Position numbers and translations under genes: made by a program. The notes beneath the pieces were generated by a model. The model did no database searches and was not told the origin of the DNA. It saw only the letters and a program-made list of their open reading frames with translations. Below, piece by piece: positions 18,606 through 28,173 of a DNA stretch of 64,000 nt (the stretch's first letter is position 1; every line of letters begins with the position of its first letter). The DNA comes from Nitrospira sp. (lineage in GTDB: Bacteria; Nitrospirota; Nitrospiria; Nitrospirales; Nitrospiraceae), in NCBI GenBank assembly GCA_047150005.1, contig AP038806.1, positions 1,792,001 to 1,856,000 on the forward strand. Reading direction: 5' to 3'.

Positions 18606-20057
18606 TCATGGTTGCTTCTCAGGGCAGATGAGCTGCGTGGTCGGTTCGAGCCCCGCCAGTCTACTCTGTTTGAACCCGTATCCGAGATAGACCAGAATAC
18701 CGATCACCGTCCAGACGCTGAAGCGGATCCATGTCAATCCGGGCAACTGCCACATCAGCCCGAGACAGGCCATTGTGGCGAGTACCGGGATGATGGGCAT
18801 GAACGGAAGCCTAAACGGTCTGGGATAGTCCGGGTTGGTATAGCGCAGCACGATGACGCCGACGCAAACGAGGACGAACGCGAAGAACGTTCCGATATTG
18901 GTCATATCCGCGGCTTCTCCGATGGGAATCAACGCCGATAGGACTGCCACGGCGATGCCGGTCAGGATCGTGGCTCTATGCGGTGTGCCGAAGCGAGGAT
19001 GGACGGCGGACAGCCACGGACCGAGCAGTCGATCGCGCGACATGGCGAAGAATACGCGGATCTGTCCGAGCATCATGACGACGAGGACGCTGGTGATGCC
19101 GGCCACGGCGCCGATCGCCACGACCGCGGCTCCCCACTTGAATCCAACGAGCTGCAACGCCTCCGCCACCGGAGCGTGGATGTCGATCCGGCTCGCCGGG
19201 ACCAGCCCGGTGAGCACCGTCGCCACCGCGATATAGAGGATCGTACAGACGGCCAGCGATCCGATAATCCCGATTGGGACGTCGCGCTTGGGGTTCTTGG
19301 CCTCCTCAGCCGCCGTCGAAACGGCGTCGAATCCGATGTACGCGAAGAAGACGATGGCGGCGGCCGCTCCCACACCGGCAAATCCCTGCGGCATGAACGG
19401 AGACCAATTGCTGGGATTCAACGAGGTGCTCCCGATCCCGATGAAGAACAGGATGACGGCCAGTTTAATCACGACGACAATGCCGGTCATTCGCGCGCTT
19501 TCCTTGATGCCGACGACGAGGACGACGGTCACAAGGAGCACGATGATGGCAGCGGGAAGGTTGGCGACCCCCCCCTCGGAACCACCAGGCGGATGGGTCG
19601 CCCAATGGGGAAGTTCAATGCCGGCCAGCCGGAGCAGATTGTTGAAATAGCCAGACCAACCGATGGCGACCGCCACGCAGGCGACCCCATACTCGAGGAT
19701 CAGATTCCATCCCGTCAGCCAGGCGAGCATTTCTCCGAGCGTCGCATACGAGAACGTATAGGCGCTCCCGGCTACGGGAATCATGGCGGACATTTCGGCA
19801 TAGCACAGGGCGGCCAGCGCACAGGTCAGTCCGGATAGGATGAAGGAGAGGATGATCCCCGGTCCCGCTCCAGGACGGTGGGTATCACCGACGATCGCGG
19901 TTCCGATCAGGACGAAGATGCCGGTTCCGATGATGGCCCCGATGCCCAGGCAGGTGAGGTCCCAGGCTGTCAAGGTTTTCTTCAGTCGATGGGTAGGATG
20001 ATCGGCGTCCGCCAGAATCTGTTCAATCGGCTTGGTCCGAAATAGGCTGCGTATCAC
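18606..20057 (-). CDS. APC-family amino acid permease
   Basis: GIGAIIGTGIF, GSAYTFSY, LILEY, FFAYIGFDAV; about 12 TM segments. Confidence 0.93.
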   Translation of the reverse strand: MIRSLFRTKPIEQILADADHPTHRLKKTLTAWDLTCLGIGAIIGTGIFVLIGTAIVGDTHRPGAGPGIILSFILSGLTCALAALCYAEMSAMIPVAGSAYTFSYATLGEMLAWLTGWNLILEYGVACVAVAIGWSGYFNNLLRLAGIELPHWATHPPGGSEGGVANLPAAIIVLLVTVVLVVGIKESARMTGIVVVIKLAVILFFIGIGSTSLNPSNWSPFMPQGFAGVGAAAAIVFFAYIGFDAVSTAAEEAKNPKRDVPIGIIGSLAVCTILYIAVATVLTGLVPASRIDIHAPVAEALQLVGFKWGAAVVAIGAVAGITSVLVVMMLGQIRVFFAMSRDRLLGPWLSAVHPRFGTPHRATILTGIAVAVLSALIPIGEAADMTNIGTFFAFVLVCVGVIVLRYTNPDYPRPFRLPFMPIIPVLATMACLGLMWQLPGLTWIRFSVWTVIGILVYLGYGFKQSRLAGLEPTTQLICPEKQP

Positions 20058-20168
20058 GGGTGCTTTCTTGTGCGCGGGAGGGACAACCGGGGGGCGTCAA
20101 TCACCTGATCGTGCACGTCAGGCCAAGTATAGCAGGTATCTCCACATTTGCTGTGGTCCAACCGGGAG

Positions 20169-20915
20169 TCACCGCGCGATCGGGTGCCGTTGCGCGGCGC
20201 GCAAGAACGCCTCAAACAGTCGCCGATGGGGGCGATGCCGATCGAAGAGAAACTCCGGGTGCCACTGCACTCCGAGAAAAAAATGGTGCTTCCGTGACTC
20301 GATGGCTTCGACGATCCCGTCGGGAGCCACGGCGCTCGCCACGAGCGAGGGTGCCACATCTTTTACCGACTGATGGTGCGAGCTGTTGACACGCACGGTG
20401 GCTGTGCGAAGGACTCGTCGAAGGAGGCTGTGTTGGGTGACGCGTATCACATGGCTCAGGCGGGTGGCGCGTGCCGCTTGGCGATGTTTGAGGGTCGTGT
20501 CCACCTGAGAGGCAATGTCTTGGAAGAGGCTGCCCCCCAAGGCGACGTTCATGGTCTGCATCCCTCCGCAGATGCCCAAGACCGGCAGGTCGGCGGCTTG
20601 GGCTATCCGGATCATGTGAAGTTCAAACGCCGAGCGTCGCTGGCTTACGAGTTCGAATGTGTATCGCTGGCGTTCCCCGTACAGTTCGGGCGGGAGATCC
20701 GGACCGCTGCCGGTCAGGAGTAATCCGTGAATACTGGTGAGCAATCGGCGGCGGGCCTCGCGGTCCGATGCGAGGGGAAGCACGATGGGAATCCCACCGA
20801 GTTCTTCGATGGCGCGAAGATAGCGGGCGCGCAAAAAATACGTGGGCTCCTTGCCGCCCCATTCCTTTCGATCACCGGCGTTGAAATCCGGGGTCACGCC
20901 GATGAGCGGTTTCAT
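20169..20915 (-). CDS. Gamma-glutamyl-gamma-aminobutyrate hydrolase family (PuuD-like, peptidase C26)
   Basis: KPLIGVT, PVLGICGGMQ, VNSSHHQ, GVQWHPE class I amidotransferase triad. Confidence 0.88.
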   Translation of the reverse strand: MKPLIGVTPDFNAGDRKEWGGKEPTYFLRARYLRAIEELGGIPIVLPLASDREARRRLLTSIHGLLLTGSGPDLPPELYGERQRYTFELVSQRRSAFELHMIRIAQAADLPVLGICGGMQTMNVALGGSLFQDIASQVDTTLKHRQAARATRLSHVIRVTQHSLLRRVLRTATVRVNSSHHQSVKDVAPSLVASAVAPDGIVEAIESRKHHFFLGVQWHPEFLFDRHRPHRRLFEAFLRAAQRHPIAR

Positions 20916-20918
20916 CGG

Positions 20919-21383
20919 TCAGCGTACCGGCTCGACTGCCGGGGCTGAGTCCATTGCCGGGGCGGTCGTTTGTGTTGACGCATCGCCGGTATCGGCCACG
21001 CCGAGGAAGCGGATCGGCTTGTCACCCCGGAGATGTTCCGGCGTGATGACGTAGGTGCCGTACATGCTGGTCGTCCAAATGCTCTTCGCCGCATGCTCGT
21101 TCCCCCCGGAGAACACGTAGGCGAGACCTCCGACCAAGCCACCTCCGATGGCGAAGGCGGTCTTCACAGGCAGGTAAAGAATTGTGCTCAAACCGGAGAG
21201 CACTCCTATGCCGGCGCTCGACGCGTTCCCGCCTTCGGATGATGGAGCAGGTGGTGCGGATTCTTGACTCCAAGCGGGCGATACGACGGCGACCGTCCAG
21301 AACGCCAGCACCATCGTCAGGGCAATGATCTTAAATCTTGAGGATACGGGCAGACCTATCAATGAAGACGAATAGCGGTTCAC
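20919..21383 (-). CDS. Hypothetical exported/membrane protein
   Basis: AAGGAGG RBS then GTG 21383; signal-like helix and Gly-rich hydrophobic segment. Confidence 0.65.
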   Translation of the reverse strand: MNRYSSSLIGLPVSSRFKIIALTMVLAFWTVAVVSPAWSQESAPPAPSSEGGNASSAGIGVLSGLSTILYLPVKTAFAIGGGLVGGLAYVFSGGNEHAAKSIWTTSMYGTYVITPEHLRGDKPIRFLGVADTGDASTQTTAPAMDSAPAVEPVR

Positions 21384-21518
21384 GGAAGGCCCTCCTTCTT
21401 CAACTGGATAATATGAACTGCGGCGGTGGCACCTGAGGGCCATCCACATGCATGTCCCTGTCGGTTATAACAAATTCACCTGTGAATGCAACCCCCCTGC
21501 CTCTTGGAGATAGGTATC

Positions 21519-21983
21519 TCAGCTTTGAGTCGGATCTACGGGCTGGAGGTCCATTTCGGCCGCGACGTAGGATCGGATGAAGTCGGTACGCCGAATCAGA
21601 TCGGCTTGCGTTTCGACGTCCCATGCGTCGGCCGTAAGACGCTGGTTCTCCTGGGCGATGCCGGCCTGCAACAGCCGGTCGAGCCGGCAGCGGCAGAGAG
21701 CTTGGACGAACAGTTCGGCGGCCCGTGCTTCCTGTGATGCACGATCGTCCAATGCCGTGTCGGCCAAGGTTTCGCTGAGCCACCGAGAAAAGTGTGTAGC
21801 GGTGCGGCTTGCCTGGATTTGAGCCTCGGTAATCTCCACGAGCACCTGGATGCCCCCCTTCCAACTGCGCTTCTTGACGTTGAACACGCAGGCATGGGTG
21901 GAAGGCTTCGCCTCCACCGCCTCCGGTCCGAAGAACAATGTGATTCGGTATTGAACTGATTCGATACAGGGATCCGTCGGCAT
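21519..21983 (-). CDS. Hypothetical protein
   Basis: 154-aa ORF filling the gap; extended -10 directly upstream. Confidence 0.65.
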   Translation of the reverse strand: MPTDPCIESVQYRITLFFGPEAVEAKPSTHACVFNVKKRSWKGGIQVLVEITEAQIQASRTATHFSRWLSETLADTALDDRASQEARAAELFVQALCRCRLDRLLQAGIAQENQRLTADAWDVETQADLIRRTDFIRSYVAAEMDLQPVDPTQS

Positions 21984-22063
21984 GAGGGATATTGTAGCAT
22001 GCCGTAATGGTCGACCGTCACTTTCGTTGACGACTCCGCCGGCCCGACGATAAGATGCGCCTC

Positions 22064-23266
22064 GTGACCGATCAGCCTCATCTGGACCGTGTGCGAGCCG
22101 TTCAACTGGCCTTGAAAGAGGCCGGAACCGTCGACGGCTGGCTGTTCTACGACTTTCGAGGGAGCGATCCGCTGAGCTACCGCATCCTGCTGCTTGACGC
22201 CGGCATGCACGTCACCAGGCGGTGGTATTACTGGATTCCGACCGAAGGAACCCCGCAAAAGCTCTTGCACCGCATCGAGCCGTACGTGCTGGATCCGTTG
22301 CCCGGCGAGTCCCACCTCTACGTGTCTTGGGCTCAGCAGCGTGAGTTACTCGCGCGGATATTGGAGGGGCGGTGCCGAGTCCTGATGCAGTATTCTCCCA
22401 TGAACGCCGTGCCATATGTGTCGCGGGTCGATGCGGGAACCGTCGAACTCGTCGAGAGCCTCGGGGTCGATGTCGTCAGTTCGGGCGATCTGATTCAAAT
22501 ATTTGAAGCGGTCTGGACAGATGCACAACTGGAGTCTCACCAGTATGCGGCCCTGGCGCTCAGACGGATCGTGGACGAAGCCTTTGCGCATGTCGGAGAA
22601 ATGGTGGGCGGCGGACGGGTCCTGACAGAGTACGGCTTGCAGCAATTCATTCTCGGTCGGATCCGGGACGCAGGGATGACGACTTCGAGTGCGCCGATTG
22701 CCGCCGTCAGCGCGCACAGTGCTGATCCGCATTACGGACCCTCGCCGTCCGGATCCGCCGACATCAGGCGGGATGATCTGGTTCTGATCGATCTCTGGGC
22801 CAAACGCGCCAGGGTCGGTTCGGTCTACGCGGATATCACATGGACCGCGTTTGCCGGACGGACCGTTCCCGATAAGCACCGCGCTGTATTCAATCTCGTC
22901 AAGAAGGGCCGAGACGCCGCATTGAATTTTGTGTGTGCGCAACTGGCGGCCGGAGTTCGTCCATTCGGATGGGAGGTCGATAATGCCTGCCGCCGCGTCA
23001 TTGAGGCGGGCGGCTACGGCTCCCAGTTCCTTCACCGGACGGGCCATTCGATCGGCGAGGAGGTGCACGGCAACGGCGCCAATATCGACGGCCTTGAGAC
23101 GCAGGAGACGCGAAGACTCATCCCGCGCACGTGTTTTTCCATCGAGCCTGGGATCTATCTGCCGGGCGAATTCGGCATCAGGAGCGAACTCGATGTCTAT
23201 CTGTCCGAGAGCACCGCGCTGGTCTTCGGACTTCCGCTTCAGGAAGAGTTGTCACCGCTGTTGTGA
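22064..23266 (+). CDS. M24 family Xaa-Pro aminopeptidase
   Basis: ADPHY, LIDLW, YADIT, HRTGHSIG, SIEPGIY, IRSE metal ligands; start GTG 22064 (alternative ATG 22055). Confidence 0.9.
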   Translation: MTDQPHLDRVRAVQLALKEAGTVDGWLFYDFRGSDPLSYRILLLDAGMHVTRRWYYWIPTEGTPQKLLHRIEPYVLDPLPGESHLYVSWAQQRELLARILEGRCRVLMQYSPMNAVPYVSRVDAGTVELVESLGVDVVSSGDLIQIFEAVWTDAQLESHQYAALALRRIVDEAFAHVGEMVGGGRVLTEYGLQQFILGRIRDAGMTTSSAPIAAVSAHSADPHYGPSPSGSADIRRDDLVLIDLWAKRARVGSVYADITWTAFAGRTVPDKHRAVFNLVKKGRDAALNFVCAQLAAGVRPFGWEVDNACRRVIEAGGYGSQFLHRTGHSIGEEVHGNGANIDGLETQETRRLIPRTCFSIEPGIYLPGEFGIRSELDVYLSESTALVFGLPLQEELSPLL

Positions 23267-23290
23267 CGGGTCTTCACTCGGACCGCTTCC

Positions 23291-23320
23291 TTGACAGCAG
23301 ATCCAGCCGGCCTATACAGT
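23291..23320 (+). promoter_or_regulatory. Putative sigma70 promoter for the tatA-like gene
   Basis: TTGACA-18nt-TACAGT. Confidence 0.55.
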
Positions 23321-23367
23321 GAACGTCTGCGAGATCGCCTCCTTCGCGCAAGACAAAGGACGACGCC

Positions 23368-24162
23368 ATGTTCGGCACCATGGGCATATCGGAATTGATC
23401 ATCATCCTGGCCATCGTGCTCATCATCTTTGGAGCGGGTAAGCTTCCTCAAATCGGGGAAGGCGTCGGCAAGGCACTCAAGGGATTTAAGAAAGAGGTCC
23501 ACGACATTCCTCCTCCGGAAGCGACGCAATCCGACCAGGCCGCTCCGCCCCCGGGTCAGGCGGAGGTCCATCGGATGCAATCTTCCGCGAGTCCCCGAGC
23601 GGCCTCTCCTCAGCCGAAGCCTACGGCACCCTACACGCCCGGTCCCGAATTGACCCCCGGCACCACTGCGGCTGCGATGTACAACATGGGGCCGCAGGTC
23701 CACTCAGCCGCCCCCAAGGCTCCCGCTTCGGCGCCTGCCACAGACGTGGGTCAGCGCCCCCCTACCATGGAAGAACGGGCCGCGGCACCCGCACCCATGA
23801 TACGGACGCAATACCCGCCTCTTCCCCAGAACGCGCAGCAGAAGCCTGTGACGACCAAGCGGCCGTCGGCTGTCGTGAACAAAGACGCGGTGGCCCGAGT
23901 CCAGGCGCAGCAGGCGGCGATGAAGACGAAGGCAACGCAACCGGCCGGCGTCTCGCCGGCGGATATGCAGAGCCTGGGTGAAGGCTTGGGGGATGCCTTG
24001 CGGACGTTCAAACAAGCTGTGGCGGATGTACGCAATTCTGTTGACCCCGAGATGCGGACCATTCAAGCCGAGATGGACGCAGCCCAGAAAGAATTGCAAC
24101 AATCGATCGAAGCCGCCAAGGAACTCCCTGCAGTTCAGGAAGATCCCCCCAAACCAGCGTGA
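23368..24162 (+). CDS. tatA: TatA/E-family protein with long C-terminal extension
   Basis: MFGTMGISELIIILAIVLIIFGAGKLPQIGEGVGKALKGFKK is the TatA TM helix plus amphipathic helix. Confidence 0.8.
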   Translation: MFGTMGISELIIILAIVLIIFGAGKLPQIGEGVGKALKGFKKEVHDIPPPEATQSDQAAPPPGQAEVHRMQSSASPRAASPQPKPTAPYTPGPELTPGTTAAAMYNMGPQVHSAAPKAPASAPATDVGQRPPTMEERAAAPAPMIRTQYPPLPQNAQQKPVTTKRPSAVVNKDAVARVQAQQAAMKTKATQPAGVSPADMQSLGEGLGDALRTFKQAVADVRNSVDPEMRTIQAEMDAAQKELQQSIEAAKELPAVQEDPPKPA

Positions 24163-24950
24163 TGCAATCGGCGGGCAAGGACCGCGAACGGGGATGTATT
24201 ACAGCATACCGCCGCACCCTGCCTGTGTTGATTGCAATGGGTTTCTTGTGGTCCCCCGGATGTGTTCGAGAAACCCCGTCGTCGCCGGATGAGGCCGTTA
24301 CCATCCTCCTGGCGCTTCTCCGTGATCACAGTGCGGATACCCGGGAGACGGCTGCAGAAGCCTTGGGAAAGATCGGAGACCAAACCGCCGCCCTGCCGGT
24401 GGCCGACCTTCTGAAGGACGAGTCCCCGGCCGTACGACGCGCCGCGGCCCGAGCACTCGGTCGGCTCGGAGCATCGTCCGGAAATGATGTGATGCCCCGG
24501 CTGGTCGGTGTCTTGAGCGATCCGCAAGAATCGGTACGACAGGCGGGGGTCTTGGCGATCGGCGAACTGGAACCACCGGCCGAGTCGCTCCGCTCCATCT
24601 CGAAACTGCTGGTTTCACCCGATATCGAGGCCAGGAGAGCGGCGATGTCGGCGCTGGTCGACATCGATGTCACGCCATGGCTCGGCATTCTCGAAACTGT
24701 GCTGCGGGATGATCCGGATCCTCGGGTACGTCAAAGAGCGGTCGCGGTTCTGGGGCAGATGAATACGCCGGCGGTGACGGCTCGGGTACGAGAACAGTTG
24801 GCAAGAGATCCCGATCCGGGCGTGCGCGCGGAAGCGGCTTATCGACTGCGAATGGCGGGGGATGAGGCCACGCGACGTGCGCTCGAACAAGCGGCGAGAA
24901 CGGATAAGAATCGGACTGTGCGTCGGTGGGCGGAACGCGAGCCTACGTAA
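24159..24950 (+). CDS. HEAT-repeat protein, probable lipoprotein
   Basis: Repeated LxDxxxxVRxxAAxALG units; hydrophobic stretch ending SPGC. Confidence 0.85.
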   Translation: MMQSAGKDRERGCITAYRRTLPVLIAMGFLWSPGCVRETPSSPDEAVTILLALLRDHSADTRETAAEALGKIGDQTAALPVADLLKDESPAVRRAAARALGRLGASSGNDVMPRLVGVLSDPQESVRQAGVLAIGELEPPAESLRSISKLLVSPDIEARRAAMSALVDIDVTPWLGILETVLRDDPDPRVRQRAVAVLGQMNTPAVTARVREQLARDPDPGVRAEAAYRLRMAGDEATRRALEQAARTDKNRTVRRWAEREPT

Positions 24951-25458
24951 CACGCGAGCGATTCAGGGCAGCCACCAATTCGACTAGCTCCTTCCGGGCC
25001 TGATCGTCGATATCGGTGAATTGAACCCCCATCCCCGGAAAAAGCAAGAAGCGCTCGGGTTTGTTCCTGGTCCAGGCGACTTTGGCTTTGGCCTTGTGCT
25101 TGGCCCAAGGGCGGTCCGGCAGGGTGAATTCGACGGCCAATTCGGTCCCCGGTGCCAGGGGCGTGCTGCTTTCAATAAACAACCCGCCGCCACCGATGCC
25201 GCCCGTCAGACTGTCGTATTGTTTTCCCTCCGGCGTCATATAGCGGACCTTGACGGCAAGCGGAGCCCGCGCGTGAGCGCGGGCATGAGCAAACCGATGG
25301 GCGTCGTTGGTGGCCACAACTCGTTCGATGATTTCCTGCCATGTCATGGTGCCGAATAGTTCACCATGCTTGTCATGCAGCGCAATCAGCTCTTGATTGG
25401 TGTCGATCTCGAGGGTTGTCCCATCATGCCCCGGCGTCATCGTGACCGGAAATTTCAT
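24943..25458 (-). CDS. PilZ-domain protein (paralog 2)
   Basis: RAHAR, GGLFIES.PL..GT.L..EF.LP, AKVAW, PGMGVQF; start chosen by alignment with paralog 1 and an AGGA RBS. Confidence 0.8.
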   Translation of the reverse strand: MKFPVTMTPGHDGTTLEIDTNQELIALHDKHGELFGTMTWQEIIERVVATNDAHRFAHARAHARAPLAVKVRYMTPEGKQYDSLTGGIGGGGLFIESSTPLAPGTELAVEFTLPDRPWAKHKAKAKVAWTRNKPERFLLFPGMGVQFTDIDDQARKELVELVAALNRSRVT

Positions 25459-25508
25459 CGCTTCTGTCCTTCGGCTAGACAATCGCTGCGCGGCCGCTTC
25501 TGGGTCCA

Positions 25509-26030
25509 TCAGGCGGCCGGTTTGCCCACATGCTGGATGCTCTTCACGAGTTCCACGACCCGGTTCCGGATCTCCGGTGGAATTTCGGTGAACCGAACGC
25601 CCATTCCGGGGCTGAACGTGTATTGATCGGCCTTCGGACAGACCCATGCGACCAGGCCCTTGGCCGGCAGCCATTCGTTCGGGCTTTCCGGGAGGGAGAA
25701 CTCCATAGCGAGTTGGGTCCCGACGGCGAGAGGGGTCAGACTCTCGATGAAGAGGCCACCGCCTCCGATCCCACCGGCCCGACTTTCGAATTGCTGTCCC
25801 TCGGGAGTCTTGTACTTCACTCGAAATGACAGAGTGACTCGCGGTTCGGAGCGTGACTCACGTGCAGCCGGAGGCTTTCTATACGCAAGAATCTGGTCGA
25901 TCACGAAATCCCAGGAGAGATTTCCCATCGGTTCGCCGTTGATGGCCAGCAGGGTGACGATCTCCCGGGCTGAATCCATCTCGATCGTCTTACCCTTGTG
26001 CCTGAGGCTGGACACGACCTGATACTTCAC
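25509..26030 (-). CDS. PilZ-domain protein (paralog 1)
   Basis: RSEPR, GGLFIES, GLVAWV, PGMGVRF; GTG start after GGGGGAAG. Confidence 0.8.
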   Translation of the reverse strand: MKYQVVSSLRHKGKTIEMDSAREIVTLLAINGEPMGNLSWDFVIDQILAYRKPPAARESRSEPRVTLSFRVKYKTPEGQQFESRAGGIGGGGLFIESLTPLAVGTQLAMEFSLPESPNEWLPAKGLVAWVCPKADQYTFSPGMGVRFTEIPPEIRNRVVELVKSIQHVGKPAA

Positions 26031-26204
26031 AGCTTCCCCCAGAGTGGCGATACAGCGCAAGTATAGCGCAGCATTTCCGCTTGTCGAGGAAAACCGCACA
26101 CTTATCAACGGCGGTCGGTCGGGAGTGGGGATGGGAGCGGAAAAGAAGCCTCCACCGATGGGGTCGCAGGGAGACGCGAAGAGCGGCGGGACGAATGGCC
26201 GGCC

Positions 26205-27461
26205 CTAGGCTGTCTTGGCGTCCTTGTCTTGCTCGAACATGCGGATCGGCGCGTGTTTCCCGAGGATCGCGTCCTCCGTGATGAGTACTTCTTTGATCTG
26301 TTTCTGGGATGGGGCGTCATACATCACGTCCAGCATGACTTCTTCCAAGATCGCCCGAAGACCCCGTGCGCCGGTTTTTTGCGTAAACGCTTTTCGCGCG
26401 ACAGCACTGAGGGCGCCCTCCGTGAACTTGAGCTTGATCTTCTCGAAGGACAGGAGTTTTTCATATTGCTTGGTCAGGGCGTTTCTCGGTTCCGTCAGGA
26501 TGCGGATCAGTGCGCGTTCGTCCAGCTCGTCGAGCGTGGCCACGATCGGAAGGCGGCCGACAAACTCGGGGATCAGACCGTATTTCAGGAAATCCTCCGG
26601 CTGCACTTGCTCGAACAGCTCGCCGAGCCGGATTTCACCTCGGCTCAGGATTTCAGCGCCGAATCCCATGGATTTTCTGTTCAGCCGCTGTTCGATGAGT
26701 TGCTCCAGCCCGACGAAGGCGCCGCCGCAAATGAACAGGATATTGCTGGTGTTGACCTGTATGAACTCCTGGTGAGGGTGTTTGCGACCCCCTTGCGGAG
26801 GCACATTGGCGACGGTTCCTTCGATCAGTTTGAGCAGCGCTTGCTGGACACCTTCACCCGAGACATCACGGGTGATTGAGGGGCTGTCGCTCTTCCGGCT
26901 GATTTTGTCGATCTCATCGATGTAGACGATGCCCCGCTCGGCCCGTTCGACATCATAGTCCGCCGCTTGAAGGAGTTTCAGGATGATGTTCTCGACGTCT
27001 TCGCCGACGTAGCCGGCTTCGGTCAGCGTAGTGGCGTCGGCCAGCGTGAAAGGCACATCCAGATACTTGGCCAATGTTTGCGCCAGCAGGGTCTTGCCCG
27101 TCCCCGTGGGGCCAACCATGAGGATATTGCCCTTCTGTAGTTCAACGTCGTCGACATCTTTTTCCTTGGCGGAGATACGTTTGTAGTGGTTGTGCACGGC
27201 GACGGAGAGAATGCGCTTCGCCCGTTCCTGTCCCACCACATACTGGTCAAGATGGTGCTTGATCTCCGCGGGTTTTTTCAGCTTGGACGAGATCTCTTCT
27301 TTGGCCTCTTCCCAGTCCTCCGCGATGATGTCGTTGCACAGGTTGACGCATTCGTCACAGATGTAGACGGTCGGCCCCGCGATCAACTTGCGGACCTCAT
27401 CGCGGCTTTTCCCGCAAAACGAACATCGCAGGTGTCGATCCATCTTTTCCTGCTTGGCCAT
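26205..27461 (-). CDS. clpX: ATP-dependent Clp protease ATP-binding subunit
   Basis: CSFCGK zinc finger, [25 protein letters not shown]. Confidence 0.98.
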   Translation of the reverse strand: MAKQEKMDRHLRCSFCGKSRDEVRKLIAGPTVYICDECVNLCNDIIAEDWEEAKEEISSKLKKPAEIKHHLDQYVVGQERAKRILSVAVHNHYKRISAKEKDVDDVELQKGNILMVGPTGTGKTLLAQTLAKYLDVPFTLADATTLTEAGYVGEDVENIILKLLQAADYDVERAERGIVYIDEIDKISRKSDSPSITRDVSGEGVQQALLKLIEGTVANVPPQGGRKHPHQEFIQVNTSNILFICGGAFVGLEQLIEQRLNRKSMGFGAEILSRGEIRLGELFEQVQPEDFLKYGLIPEFVGRLPIVATLDELDERALIRILTEPRNALTKQYEKLLSFEKIKLKFTEGALSAVARKAFTQKTGARGLRAILEEVMLDVMYDAPSQKQIKEVLITEDAILGKHAPIRMFEQDKDAKTA

Positions 27462-27484
27462 GCGTCCTCCTGCGCCAGTACCGG

Positions 27485-28114
27485 CTATTTATCCTTGGAG
27501 CCGTCCTTGTCCGATCCTACCGCTTTGAGGGCCTTGGGAGCGCGAGTGATGACCTCATCAATAAGGCCGTAGCGCTTGGCCTCCTCGCCGGACATGAAAT
27601 AATCCCGCTCCGTATCGAGGGCAATTTTCTCAATGGGCTGACCCGTGTGCTTTGCCATGATTTCATTCAGGCGTTCCCGGATCTTCAGAATTTCTCTGGC
27701 ATGAATGTCGATCTCGGTGGCCTGCCCCTGGAAGCCGCCCAACGGCTGATGGATCATCACGCGGGCGTTCGGCAAGGCGAAGCGCTTCCCCTTCGTGCCT
27801 GCGGTCAGCAGCAACGCTCCCATGCTGGCGGCCTGCCCGAGACAAATCGTATTGATCGGCGGTTTGACGTATTGCATCGTGTCGTAAATGCCGAGGCCGG
27901 CCGTGACGCTGCCGCCGGGCGAATTGACGTAGAGATTGATGTCCTTTTCCGGGTCCTCGGCCTCCAAGAACAGCAGTTGGGCGATGATCAGGTTGGCAAA
28001 GACGTCGTCGATCGGCGCTCCGAGGAAGATGATGCGGTCCTTCAACAGTCTAGAGTAGATATCGTAGGCGCGTTCGCCTCTGTTCGTTTGTTCGACGACG
28101 ATGGGAACTAGCAT
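27485..28114 (-). CDS. clpP: Clp protease proteolytic subunit
   Basis: [35 protein letters not shown]. Confidence 0.98.
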   Translation of the reverse strand: MLVPIVVEQTNRGERAYDIYSRLLKDRIIFLGAPIDDVFANLIIAQLLFLEAEDPEKDINLYVNSPGGSVTAGLGIYDTMQYVKPPINTICLGQAASMGALLLTAGTKGKRFALPNARVMIHQPLGGFQGQATEIDIHAREILKIRERLNEIMAKHTGQPIEKIALDTERDYFMSGEEAKRYGLIDEVITRAPKALKAVGSDKDGSKDK

Positions 28115-28173
28115 GCAGGTTCTTCCTTTCCAGATTGTCCGGACGGTCTCGCGACCCCTCACCCGCTGTCAGG

